A stretch of 64,000 bases of DNA from NCBI RefSeq assembly GCF_018350175.1, contig NC_058368.1, positions 10,230,001 to 10,294,000 on the forward strand, read 5' to 3'. This document shows, piece by piece, positions 26,520 to 39,111 of this stretch (its first letter is position 1; each line of letters starts with the position of its first letter). Below the pieces are notes generated by a model, which saw nothing but the letters and a program-made list of their open reading frames with translations, did not search any database and was not told the origin of the DNA. Source of the stretch: Felis catus. Its lineage: Eukaryota. The position numbers were made by a program, and so were the translations under genes.

Positions 26520-27020
26520 ACAGAAAAATGACCAGCAAAGGATAGAAGAGTTCATCTTTCTTTCATTAACAAGAACGTCAGGATATAGGTGTTTGCTGTG
26601 CTGGTTTAGCTGATCAATGGCTTCATGAAGAGCCTTCAACCTCTATTATGTCACTTGGCTATCTTTTAGCACATTGGCTTTTTATCCTTCAGCCTATGGC
26701 CTCATGGTCCCACAGTGGCTGCCATAGCTTTAGACATCATTTCACATACTGACTGTGTTTAAAAATCAGAAATAATGCCAGCCAGGGAAGAGGAAAAGTG
26801 AGAAAGAAAAATGAGAGAGAGAGAGAGAGAGAGGGAGAGAGAGGGAGGGAGACTGCTTCACACTATTTTCACATTTTTGGAAGAAGCAAAATATTTTTCC
26901 CAGAGCCCTTCGCTGATTTTACCTTATCCAATTGGCCAGAAATGAGTCACATGACCGCTCTGAAATCAAGGGATCTGTGCCTTGCTTTTGTTGGCAGGGA
27001 ACAAGTAGGGGAGTACCTGT
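26520..27020 (-). mobile_element. Old MaLR LTR (MLT1J/K-like)
   Basis: cctcatggtcccacagtggctgccatagc...attggccagaaatgagtcacatgacc. Confidence 0.6.
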
Positions 27021-27619
27021 TGGACAGACACGGGTCCTCCACAAGGAATCATTCTTTTGTTTCGTTCCTAGCGCTTTGTTCCTGTTTCAGCCATGGAAGG
27101 ACAATCTATCTCCCAGAGCGTTCATGTGAATTACTCAATAATTAAAGAGGGTTTATAACATGGTCACTGATGCCATCTCTAAGTTCTTCCCATTTGACTT
27201 CGTACACGATGCCTATAAACAAGGCCCGCTTCTTTGTAAGACTGACTTCAAAAACCCACTGTCTTTTTCTGAAAGGCTGCTCAAACCCCAGCTGGGACAC
27301 ACAGGATACTCAATACTGGTTGAGTCCTTGTTCTCTACTGGGCTTCCTGGGGCTCTAAAAGCCTTCTGGTTGTACACATCTGAGTAAGAAAATAAAGGCA
27401 GGACATGGCAAGCCTATCCTGGAGTCCAGGAAAGGGAGTGATCAGATGGTCTAGCTTAATCAGAGAGGGTCCCGTGGAGGATTTAGTGAGGTCTCAGAGG
27501 ATGGGAGGGGATTCCTGGCCAGAAGAATAATCTGAGAAAAGGTTCCTGGTTGGAATGAGCAGGATGTGGGAGGGACATTCGTTCTTATCCCTTTGAGATT
27601 TTTATAGCTTTTTCCTTAG

Positions 27620-27737
27620 AACTTGGAAGAAACTGCCCAAAATTGAAAACATGCCAAACATTAGCATTAAAAATGCTGTGGCCTCTCCAAATGTGAACTA
27701 TATCTGCTGGAAAGTGCATGGAGACTGGATTACTCAG
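27620..27737 (+). pseudogene. Exon 3 (TWKKLPKIENMPNISIKNAVASPNVNYICWKVHGDWITQ)
   Basis: tttccttAG acceptor, CAG|gtaaaa donor, 118 nt, open frame with WD-type H-x-D-W motif. Confidence 0.88.
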
Positions 27738-27748
27738 GTAAAACTAAG

Positions 27749-27852
27749 AAGGAAGGAAGGAAGGAATGAAGGAAGGAAGGAAGGAATGAAGGAAGGAAGG
27801 AAGGAAGGAAGGAAGGAAGGAAGGAAGGAAGGAAGGAAAGGAGAAAGAGGGA

Positions 27853-27916
<64 letters not shown>

Positions 27917-27973
27917 AAAGAAGGAAGGAAGGAGGAAGGGAGGGAGGGAGAGAAAAGTAAGGGAAAAGAAAAA
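27749..27973. repeat. Compound (GGAA)n/(GAAA)n polypurine microsatellite
   Basis: Read directly, starting 11 bp after the exon 3 donor. Confidence 0.97.
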
Positions 27974-28974
27974 GAAATGTTTAAGTAAAAGTAAATAGGA
28001 ATTTGACAACCTGACGTCTCTCTCCAGATGTATCAGCCAATCAAATATATATATATTCTTTAATGAGTGACCACTGTTCCCAAGATAACTTTATTAGCCT
28101 AGTTGAAAACAAATAAAAATGCTGCATGAAATACCAAGAATGGTACAAAGAATGATAAACATCTGGTTTCTAGAAGCTAGAGAAATTGATTGATTTGAAC
28201 TTCCTGGTATACTTGTGTTGGGGGGCTCCCATCTGACTGTCCTTTGGGTCTAAAGACAGTTGGTGTGTTTTCCTTTCTCTTGTAGGAATGAGAGCCAACT
28301 CAAATGACCCTAGTGTCTTAGGACCAATAATATGACTTTGAACATGAGAGTCCTTTCCCTGACATTTCTACTGGCTCTGAGAAGCTAAATTAGTATTTCT
28401 TAAGCGCATAAACAAACAAGACATTGTTCTTTATGTTGAGGCAGATCAGAAACCAAATACCGATTGGACACGCTGTCCTCCTGAGTAGAGAGAGAGAGAG
28501 CAGGGGTTTTTCAGAGAACTGTTAGGGGAGCATAGACTCCTGGAAACATCTCTTGTGTCCTCCTAACACATCAGGCTTACAATAGGTGGGGAAGATTCTT
28601 AATAAAGAAGACCTATGCAAGACAAGAAAGTCGGGAAATATTATTGGGCAAAAGGAAATAATAGGAAAACAGCCAAACTTATTTGCTAAGTAAAAAAGGA
28701 AAATTCAACGGGAAGGAAAATTGGACCAGGAAAATAGCATTTGTCTGAAAGATTAAGACCAACAAAATTTCAAACACAAAGAGAAGCAAACAAAATACCC
28801 ATTCTGGAGAAGAAAGATAAGGTGAATTAAGTAAGAATACAAAAAGAAAACAATCCAACTTAACAAGCACAGGCAAATTTGCCATATGTAATACCGGTAT
28901 GTTTCTCGAAGGTGATTGGGACAAGATCCTTCTTTTCTTCAACTTTTACATTTTAACGTGCATTCTAATTACAC

Positions 28975-29202
28975 TTAACTTTTTACATTTTAAACGTACA
29001 GTTAATGATTGTTAAGTTTACTGAATTGTGCAGCTATCACCATAATGCGGTTTAAGAGCATTTCCATCACCCCAATAAGATCTCTGTGCCAGGCAACCGC
29101 TAATCTACTTCCTGTCTCTGTTGATTTGCCTTTTCTGGCCATGCCATGTAAATGAAATCATACACTGTGCGGCCTGTTGTGCCCGGCTTCTGCCACTTTG
29201 CA
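28975..29202 (-). mobile_element. L1M 3' UTR fragment
   Basis: catttccatcacccca...ggcaaccgctaatctactt...atttgccttttctgg matches antisense L1MB-type 3' end. Confidence 0.75.
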
Positions 29203-30462
29203 AAGTGGAGCCACGCTTGGAGGGTGGACGTTTTGTCCCACTGAATGATCAGCCCCTATCGCCTTGGAAGGCAGTAGGAACCAAAACCAACAACATCCAG
29301 AACTAGTCCCATCCAAGAGATGACCACACGTGGAGGGGGTGGGGCGGAGTGGGGAGAAAATAAAGCCGGGCATTGGCATTGGCATTGGCCTTGGCAGCAT
29401 AGAAAGGGAGCTAACAGAGAGGAGCTGTATGAGGGAGAATTCCCCAGGGGTCTGCTCTCCTTTTCTCCTCCCACCACCTCGGGGGGTGTGTTCATGATCT
29501 CTCCACTGAGACTTCTGCCTGGTGGGCCGTCTCCAGGGAGCCCTTTCTAATAGAGAAAAGACAGAGACAATTCTAAGCTCTGTTAGATTGTTCAGGGCAC
29601 CGAGTCCTGTTGTGCTGGGTCAGGTCCCAAGTTCCAGAAACCCTCTCTTCCCCCAGACTTCCCCTTCCTCTTCCTGTGTCTTTGGCTCTATGGTTTCTGC
29701 CCTCCATGGGGGTTAGAACCAAGGGTTATCTTTTGCGCATGCCCCCTCTGAGCCTAGCATAGTGCCTGCAAGGTCTCAAAGAGACACCTGTCATCCCTTG
29801 TAGCTAATGCTGCTCTTTCAACACTACTACGGGTTTATCCATTTTACATGCTTATCTTCTTAATAAGGACTTCCTCCAGGAAGGAAATGTCCCAAGAGCA
29901 GAGAAACTCCCCAGATCCCACTGACTCCTGTTCCTTGCACCTGAGATGAGCCCTGGCACCTGCCTGAAAGGCACGCTCCCCTGATCCTGGCACGTGTGCT
30001 TCAGAGGCTGGCTCTCAATTTTCAAAGCCAGGGGAAGAGAGTCTTTTACCCTTCCCAGTATGACGCTCAGCATAGCTTCCAATTTAAATATGATTTATGG
30101 CGAAGGATAAGCTGTTTTCTCCGTGAAACCCCTGCGGCTATGCAGGCAGCGTTCGATTTTCTCAGAAATATCTAAAATAGGTGGTAGAAACTTCAGCACG
30201 GTCTGTCAGACAGGATACCCAGGAATTGTGGTTCTGGCGTTCGCCTTGAGCGAGCGTCAAGGAGAGAGAACCCCCACGCACTCCACACTCCGCCAGGCCA
30301 CCCACACACATCTGCCCACTCCAAAAGTACAGTTTTAAAAAATGTGCCCATCCTCTGAACAAGAGGTTCCTTTCTCCTTCTCGAAATGCGGGTCAAAAGG
30401 ATGCTTTAGATGTTGTTACAAACTCTTGCTTGACCTGGCATGTGATCTTCGCATTAATTAGC

Positions 30463-30466
<4 letters not shown>

Positions 30467-30510
<44 letters not shown>
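30467..30510. repeat. (TC)22 microsatellite
   Basis: Read directly, just upstream of the exon 4 acceptor. Confidence 0.97.
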
Positions 30511-30515
<5 letters not shown>

Positions 30516-30526
30516 GTCATTTCCAG

Positions 30527-30596
30527 CTGAACTACTACGATCCTATCAAAGCCGTCATTTCAAGCTCCAACCACGAGCCTACAGCTCTAGTAATAG
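30527..30596 (+). pseudogene. Exon 4 (LNYYDPIKAVISSSNHEPTALVIG)
   Basis: tttccAG acceptor after a (TC)22 tract, G|gtactg donor, 70 nt, phases match neighbours. Confidence 0.85.
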
Positions 30597-32473
30597 GTAC
30601 TGCTTACATTCCCCTTACGTTTGTAATATTCTCTGTGTGCCAGATCCTTGGATGTCTCCCACCTTTATAATTTCTGCATTGCAACAGGCATCCCACACTC
30701 TGCAGCTCAGAATGTGACATCCTCCACTCTTCTGTCCGCCTTTAGCTTTAGAAGCCTCACACTAGGCTGCTGGAGAGACAGAGGGAGGGCTTCACAGGGC
30801 GTCACACATGCTGAGAGCTCGATCAATATTTGCTGATTTGAAATAAGAGCAAAATCCACTTTAAGCAACCTCAGGCCACACCCTATGAGCGCCCCTAATG
30901 TGCTACATGCTATTGAATATGCAGTAATATCAACATCGGACAGTGGTCTTGGGGCGTTGGTGTGAAATGGGATGGGGTCATTTCTGTGAATTCAAAAGGC
31001 ATGAACCTGAAGACCTTTGCAGTTTTCTGGAAGCTGGACTCTGACCAAGTGAACCCAGAGGAAGGTCAAGGGAGAACCAAGAGCCCAACCCATCCCTTAC
31101 TCTCACATCCCCAGATGCACACCTGGTATGGTCATGGGCTTGGCCAGGCTGATCTTGGGTCCATGAAGTAGGGAAGGTGGCAGAGCCCGTCTGTGCTATT
31201 CATGTGGGAATCATTTTGTCGGGACCAGATGGAGGACATACATCCTGGTACAGGGGGGAGGGACTGGTCTAGATTGGAACCAGGAATCCACTCCCTTTAT
31301 AAGGGATCGTGCCCTGGCTATGAGCTCATGGTCTGCACTAGATGCAATCTCTGGCCCTGAACACTAAGTATCCGATACTATACTAAGCTCCTTCCGTGTA
31401 TTATTTCATTTAATCTCTGTAACAACCTTGTGGTTTAGGTCCCACTACTAGTCCCACCTTATAGATGAATAAAGTGAAGCACAGAAGAATTCATTAACTT
31501 GTCCTGGGGTCTTGTTCGGGGTTTTTTGCTGTTGTTGTTGTTTTCTGTATCGAAAGAAGTGTCATTCAAATGAAGAAGCAAAAGGAGAATTTTGTGGATG
31601 GCTCATATGACGTGAGAAGGGCAGACGCGTAACCCAGCGTGGGGAAGTCCTGGAAGCAGGGTCTCGGCTGCTTCTCCAACTCTGTTTCTCTCTCTCTTCC
31701 GCACATCAGTTCCCTCAGATGGTGATGGGCCCGCCTCTCATGCTGCTTGGTCACCGATAAAGACTAGCTGCCACTCTTGGTCCCCGGTACAGCCACCTCT
31801 GGGAAGGTTCTCGTTGCACCAGTCTGGCCCATCTTTGGGACAATTGCAAGCCAACTGACCTGGGAAAGGCAGGGACAGTAAGAGGCTGACCGTGCCCATG
31901 CAACTACATGACGTAGGAGGAGGCATGCTTTCCAGAAGTGGTGATGGGAAGAGGAGGTTTACCCGTTACAAAAAAGTGAAGAATGGTGCCTGCACTCAGC
32001 CCCACAACTCAGAAATGGAAGAACGAGGACTTGAATCTAGGTCATCTGTGCTAGTCATCTTGGGACCCGCCGTGATGGCCTCCCCGGGGTGTGGGCTAGA
32101 ATTGAAGAGTCCCGGGCCTCCCTCGGAACAATGGGACCTGAGTCTGTGCTTGAAAAAGAACCGAGGGTGACTTGTATACATGTCAAGTCTGAGAAGCACC
32201 CTTTAAACACAACAACACGAATTTTTCTATGTTTCTAATTATACTAATATTTTTATATTTTTTTCTAATAAATTGCCCTTTGAAGTCCAGTCTCAATTCC
32301 TCACATTTACTTTGTTAAACTTCCTGCTCATTTTGTGAAGCCCTTGGGAGTATGTGGGAAAGCCCCATCCAATTCAAAATCACTATCAACATACTTAATG
32401 TTCAAGTTGATACTGATGATGATTCCTTACATGTATTTGGCACTTGCTAATTGATAAAGAACTCTCATATCAT

Positions 32474-32649
32474 TAGTGATTCTCAGTCTTGGCTGCCTAT
32501 TGGAATCATCTGGAGACTTTATAGAAACTGGTTGCCTGGGTCTTACCCTCAGATAATTCTGACCTAATCGGCCTGGGATAAAGACTGGGCATCGGGACCT
32601 TTAAAAGCTCTCCCAGTGATTCTAATGTGGCCAAGGTTGAAAACCACTG
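32474..32649. mobile_element. MER5-type hAT-Charlie MITE
   Basis: TIR-like ends tagtgattctca / ttgaaaaccactg; internal ggaatcatctggag and cagtgattctaatgtg. Confidence 0.8.
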
Positions 32650-34649
32650 TTGAAGGCAGTGTGACCCAGGCATCTGTATTTTGTGGACACTTCACAGTGG
32701 CTTTAATTTGCAGCCAAGTTCAAGAATCACTCACATGCACTATATTTATTATTTGATATTCATGGTAGCCAGGTGAGGTATGAGTTGTGTGCACCCCATT
32801 TTACCAGTAGGCTAAAATTTGCCCATTGGGCACTTAGCTAGAAGAAGTGGAATGGGGACCCAAGTCCAGTTTTTCTGACCCCAAGGCCAGGAGTCCACCT
32901 GCCATCCCCTAGGGCTGGGCTGGGAAGGCCTATCCCTCTGATCCTGGGACTTGTTTTAGGACAACCTGGGTTCAAAAGGAAGATTCTGACCCTGGAGCAG
33001 AATACATCTCTGACCACAGAGAAAAGAAATGTTATCATTCACCCTAGGATAGTAAGAAAGTTGTAGCCAATAAAAGCTGCCTTCTGCCATCTTTGGGCTG
33101 TCTGGGTGGGCTGCTTAGCAGCAGCAGCATCCCGAGAGAGGAATCTTTGGAAGAGCCCATCACAGACACTCATGTCTGCTGCCCAGCCAGGCTCACCGGC
33201 AGAGAGAGAAGGGGGAGGCTGGGAGGCAGGAGTTGTGTGCTCATCACCAAGAGGATAGTCATGACTTGGGGTCTCTTCCTACCCAAGTTCTTTTCCAGGT
33301 ATTTCACTTGCTGGAATTATCTTCACCTTTTCCTCTTGGCCTTTCTAACTGGCCCTTACCTTCCCTTTCTCTCCCTGCACCCGTCGATTTTAAGGGCCTG
33401 GTTGGAACTCACCAGTCAGTGCATTTGTAATGAATAAAATATTTAACACCTTTTTAAATGACTCAGAAGTCAACCGTCCACCCGCGTAATGACGACAGCC
33501 ATTTCTCTCATGATGCCTTTCAGCCTAGCTCTGCCTGAGCATTTCTTAGCTTTGGAAAGGCTGAAATCCTAGGGGTATTTTTCCTCCTTTCCTTTAGAAT
33601 CTTGTTCCAGTTGCCCCTGAACATCATGGAAAATCAGTAATGAGTCATGCCTGAGAGCTCAGCCTCCTATGAAATACCACCTTGCTTCCCCGAGGCCTCT
33701 TCCACCCCTGATTCACAGCCTTCGAGCTCACGTTGTCTTTCAAGGAAATCTTCCTTTATACATTTCTGATTCACTGACATTTAAATCACCAAAGCATTAG
33801 AAAGAGATGTGCAATGGTTAAGAAGTTTCTTGGGAATTTTCATTAGACGTTCTTAGAACTGGGAAATTGTGGCTTTCTGGAACTGTAATGGAGAGGAATA
33901 CTAAGAAACTAACACTCAGCCTTCAGAAACTGAAGCAGCTCAAAATTGAGTGTTTGTGCAGAACAGAAGCAAAGAATCCGTCATGAGGATCTCTGAGTTC
34001 TAGCCCCCGGCTCTGCAACTCACAGAACTGTGACCTCAGGCTTCAGTTTCCTTTCTAGTTCAACAAAAATGCTGGATGTGAGTTCTAAAGATTCATCCAG
34101 CTCACACTCCCAGATCCCTAATTTTGCCATGAGTTTCCTGTGCATCCCTTCTTTCTTCTCGCGTTCCAGAAAGCAGGGGCCACTAAAGCTCCTTACACCC
34201 TGAACTGCCAAGTGTCTTTAGAGATCTGGACAAGTCTGTGACCAAAACAGTCAGCGCCCTCCTCACCCCGGTTACCATCTGTGTTTTTTGCTCTGGCGTG
34301 GTGCTAAGAGGAGAATAGTGGGGCTTAGGGAGCCTTTGCACCAAGACTCCTAGGAAGAGCTCTTTCCCATGCCTCATTTCCCAGTCTGTCTCAAGCCCCC
34401 AGCAAGCTGGCCTTTGTCCCTGCCACACCTCCAAGCTCACTCTTGTCAGGGCCACCAGGGCCCCTCGTGCTGCTAAATGCAGGGTGGATGCTCCTCCCAC
34501 TGGCCTCTCAGCACCCAAAGCAACAGATGGCTCCCACTCCCTTCCTGCACTTCTCACACTGGGCTCCAGGCCCCCAGCCCCTCTTCTCTCCTTCCCTGGG
34601 CTGGAGCCCAGGATTCTGTCCTTGCTCTTCCTCTCTTCGATCTCCTTCA

Positions 34650-35705
34650 GCCCCTCAGTGATGCCCTCCAGCGCTATAGCTGTCAGATCCCAAATTTATG
34701 TCTCTAACCCAGCTCTGCCCCCCAAACTTCAGTCTGGCATTTCCAGTTGCCATGGGTCTCTCTGGACAGGACCTTTCTTCCCTTTGGATGTCTCACAGAC
34801 ATAAAAATTAAATCCAAACCCAGATCCACATCTTCCCCTCACTCCATCTTCCCCGGCTCAGTTGGTTCTAAGTCCATCCTTCCTGTTGCTCCAGTCAAAA
34901 CCTAGTAGTCACCCTTGACCCTCTCTGCCACCCACAGCCAGCCCATTGGCTTGATCTTCATACTGCGCCCAGGATCTGGACACTTTGCCCCAATCCCTCT
35001 CCTACTATCCAGTGAGAGTCACTCTCTCCTCTCGCCTGGATTACGACAAGAGCCTTGCAACTCTCCCTGCTTCCACCCACCCCTATGGTCTCTTTTCCAC
35101 AAAGCAGCCAGAGAGAGCCTGGAAAACTAGATGTCAGATCCCTCCAAATCTTCCATCAGGCCCCCCATCTCCTTCACAGTCAAAGCCAAAGTCTTCCAGG
35201 GCCTTGTGTGTCAACCCAGCCCTTACATCTCTGGCCTGGTTTCCCACTTCTCTCCCTCACCCACTCCCTCCCAGTCATACCAATCTCCTGGGATGTATTT
35301 AAGATCTTTTCACCAGATCTTCCCTCTGCCTGGAAAGTCCTCCCTGCAAATGTCTACATTGCTCATTCCCTCGCCTCCTTGAAGTCTTTGCTCAGATGTC
35401 ACCTCTTGGGGAGGTCCTCCTTGCCCACTTTATTATACACATCCTGAAACAGCCCAGCTCCTGCTCCTGGCATTTCCAATCTTCCTTACTTTGCTCTACC
35501 CTTGGCTAATTCTATATATCCCATCACCTTCCTTTAGACTATATAATTTATCTCTTGTTTGTTGTTTATGGTCTGCCCTCCCCCATCAGAAGGTAAGCCC
35601 CACAAAGGTACAGGTTTCTATCTGTGTTGCTCATTGTTATGTCCCAAGTGCTAGGACTAGTGCCTGGTACATAATAGGTGCTCAGTAAATATTTATTGAA
35701 TGAAC
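34650..35705 (+). mobile_element. L2 LINE 3' portion
   Basis: Pyrimidine-rich L2 body ending gtgcctggtacataataggtgctcagtaaatatttattgaatgaa. Confidence 0.85.
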
Positions 35706-36067
35706 TTACTTGTGGTCAGAATTCAAACCACACACCTCTCTCTCCCCACACGGTGCTCTGAAGCTTTGCCCTCCAGGAAAAGTAGAATTCTGTGGTGACA
35801 GGTTCCTCTCATGTTTTCTCTTTCCATCTACCCATCCAACATGTCCCCCCAACATGTTCCCACAGTGTCCTACAGTCACATCACTGCTTCAATCAGGTAT
35901 CCATATGTTCACACACACACACACTCCTCCAAAAGGTGCTACAGCACCAGCTCTCCACCCCTAAATGGGGGTTACAGAGAGGGCTCTGTAGTACAGGAAG
36001 TGCTTTCAAGTGCATTCATTTACTTAAGGTGATGGAAGACAGAAATCCTTGACTTCGTTTTGGTTAT

Positions 36068-36282
36068 TTAAAATTTTTTTTAATATTTATTTATTTTTGA
36101 GAGAGAGAGACAGAGTGCGAGCAGGGGAGAGGAAGACAGAGAGGGAGACACAGAATCCGAAGCGGGTTCCAGGCTCTGAGCTGTCAGCACAGAGCTTGAA
36201 GTGGGGCTTGAACTCATGAACCATGAGATCATGACCTGAGCTGAAGCTGGATGCTTAACTGACTGAACCACCCAGGCGCCCC
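36068..36282 (-). mobile_element. Can-SINE
   Basis: Ends cccaggcgcccc; TSD tc(g/a)ttttggtta. Confidence 0.95.
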
Positions 36283-36712
36283 TCATTTTGGTTACTAATA
36301 AACATGAAAGGGAGTTACATCTTGGTCAGCTATGGAGAAACCAAGGCTGGACCTTGAATGTCTTCCTTCCTGCAGACCTGGGCAGGGATCCACTTGTCAC
36401 AGCAATTCTGTGGGTTCCTACCATACTGAGGAAACTGATGGAAGGGAGGAATGAGATAAAAGGAAGGATGTGCAGGAGAGGCTCCAAGACCCATATCGAA
36501 AGAGGAAGAGTCAAAGTCTGAGCTTTGGGGGAACACACACACCTTGCTGTCAACCCCAGAGGATGCTGGGAGCCCATAACTGTAGACCTGGCTTCTGGGT
36601 CAGCGTTGGTGCTAGAAGCATAGAATCTACCCTCCTGTAGGATTCCAGCACCTGAAGATTTATTTGCTAGTTAGTGTGCTAGGGATCTGAACCTGCCTTG
36701 AATCTGCTCTAG

Positions 36713-36858
36713 GTTTCCATGGTGATTGCTTTAAACTTTTCATCATCCTTCCTTCAGACCTTGGGGGAGAGCTATGCTCTCTGGTTTCCATGACGACCAT
36801 TTAAACATGTATCTCTGTCTGGCTGTGTTGGAAAAGAACTGCTAGAGATCATGCAAAT
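36713..36858. promoter_or_regulatory. Candidate enhancer: two RFX X-box-like motifs, forkhead core and octamer
   Basis: GTTTCCATGGTGAT 36713-36726, GTTTCCATGACGAC 36784-36797, TAAACA 36802-36807, ATGCAAAT 36851-36858. Confidence 0.4.
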
Positions 36859-38455
36859 GAACTGGCTGCTCTCCCTCTACTTAAAAAAAAAATGACACAC
36901 CTGCTTAGAAGTTTCAGATCTTTGCTCATAACAAGAAGGGTGAAGGTGTCAAACTGGTGTTTGAGGGGGGTTTGCTGCGTGGCTTTGATACTTCAGGTGC
37001 TCATCCAGATATGCACGTCCGCTCTCCCGTCTTAAGTAATTATCTGCACTCAGCACTCACCCTCCCCTCCCCTCTGTCTAGCAGATGAAAGAGCCCTGGG
37101 TTCAAGACTGTTTACCTTCCTGCTGCTTACCAAAGAAGGAAGGGAAGGACAAGGCCAGAGAGACTAGCAAGGTACCCTACCCAAGCCAGCTCTTTGCCAG
37201 TGCTGGGAGAAACCACGGGCAGCAAGGTTGTGAACTCAACTCACCATCAGTAAACTGTCCCGGCACCCAGACCGCAGCCCCAAAGAAGGTGGAAATCACA
37301 TACCCCGGTCATTTGCAAATGGAGTTCATGGACTGAAGAGCGGCCAGGTGACTCTGAGGGTAAAGGGCTCAGAAGGAGTGGAAAGATGGCGGCCCCCTTC
37401 CGCTTCCTAGATACGTTCCTGTCTTCCCCACACCAACACGTTCCTAAACCGGAGGCCTTCAGAGACAGCAATGGGCGAAGCAACCACAGACGGATTTAAA
37501 ACATGTTTTGAAACTGTGCACCAGCATTTAAAATTCTGGAAGTTTTCCAGTGAGAATAAAGATTTCCCATTTCTCCCGAAACTCAGCAGACCTGCATCAG
37601 AGTCCTACTTCGGGAGAGTCTGCTGGACTGAAATAGCACCGCCCTCCGAGATGAACTTGGGCGTGGGGGCAAGGGGAGGCTGAAGACGAAATATTCTTCG
37701 ACCTTCTTCATCCAAGGCCCCTCGGCCACCTTGGACACAGCCGAGGTCGGAGGTCAGGGTAAGCTCGATGGAGAGTTCCTTCGTGATCTCCCGGTGAAAC
37801 TGATGTCTGACACCACATGAAGGCCTTTGATTGCTTCTGGATGATGCTACTATTTTGATTTTACTGTTTAGTAGATTCATAAGCCAAAAAGTCATTTGAC
37901 TAAAAATATGTCAAAATAATTGTAGGAAAAAGTTGGCTGGTTGGTGGATGAAACGGGTAGGTTGCCTTAATGAGCTCTGATTTAGGGTTGAAGATGTTGG
38001 TTTCATCGCTCTCTTAATGACAAGTTTCTTAACATCCCAAAGGTGTAAGTTTTCTTATCTGTACCCTGGAGGTAAAGGTGCTTGCCTCACTGAGTTTCTG
38101 TGAGGTTCAAATAAAATCATGGATGGCGAGACCCTGGCATACTGCCTGGTGCTCAGCAGAGATTTATTAAAGCTGGGTTACCCACCTCAGAATGAGTTGG
38201 CCTTCTTCACGCTTCCTCCTTCCTCCAGGTGACCCTTCTTGTCTCTCTCTAGAGAGGGAGGGGAAATGAATCTTGACGTTCTTACAGAAATCATTTTCAT
38301 TCTTCAGATGATCCATGGTGTAACACCAGAGGGTGAGAGAGGAAGAAAAAAGTAGTCCTCACTGAAAGCAAAAGCGGGACTTTCAAACTCAGCAACTTGT
38401 CAGAAAATTGATCGTATTAAGAGGCTGTGTTTTGTTTTCCTGTGAATATTTTTAG

Positions 38456-38702
38456 GTCGTACTATGGGAACAACAAATGTCAAGCAAAAGATGAAAGGAT
38501 AAGGGATGTTAGAAAAGAGGTTGAGGCAAGAAGACACCAAGCGTTCCTTGGTTTGCCCCAAAGGTGAGCAGAATGGGATCAAACCGTTTTTCGCATCTAC
38601 AGAGGAGTCAAGGCATTTTCATTCTGTAAATGAAAGAATGAACTTGCTGCTGACAGGTGGGATGGATCGAATCATTCGAGTCTGGAATCCTTATCTGCCT
38701 GG
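38456..38702 (+). pseudogene. Exon 5 (GRTMGTTNVKQKMK / DVRKEVEARRHQAFLGLPQR*AEWDQTVFRIYRGVKAFSFCK / RMNLLLTGGMDRIIRVWNPYLPG) with two frameshifts and stops
   Basis: tttttAG acceptor, GG|gtgagt donor; TAA 38500, TGA 38565, apparent TGAA insertion at 38631-38634. Confidence 0.9.
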
Positions 38703-38907
38703 GTGAGTTTGTTTTCTCTCTCCAACCAAGAGTGCCATTGATCTAGTAAAGTACCTGAGAGCAGGACAGGGGATCGCCAATTCCCCTTTAGGATAATTTA
38801 AGAACCCCTGCCTGACATTGATCTCGCACGCACACAGCCTGGGAAACTCCTGTTTGTGGCCACTAGAGACTCATTCTTGGGGATTAATAAGCACATCATT
38901 GGGCCCG

Positions 38908-38934
38908 TTTTTCTAAGTTTATTTATTTTGAGCG

Positions 38935-38985
<51 letters not shown>

Positions 38986-39111
38986 CTGAAGCTTGCTCTG
39001 TGCTGAGAGCAGAGAGCCTAATGTGGAGCTCAAACTCACGAACCGCGAGATCATGACCTGAGCCAAGACCAAGAGTTGGATGCTTAACCACCTGAGCCAC
39101 CCAGGCGCCCC
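38908..39111 (-). mobile_element. Can-SINE with expanded (GA)n
   Basis: Ends ccacccaggcgcccc; long AG tract. Confidence 0.95.

Noticed and set aside
27738..28009. Lys/Glu/Arg-rich and Phe/Leu/Ser-rich ORFs
   Set aside because: Translations of the GGAA/GAAA microsatellite; only 27620-27737 is exon
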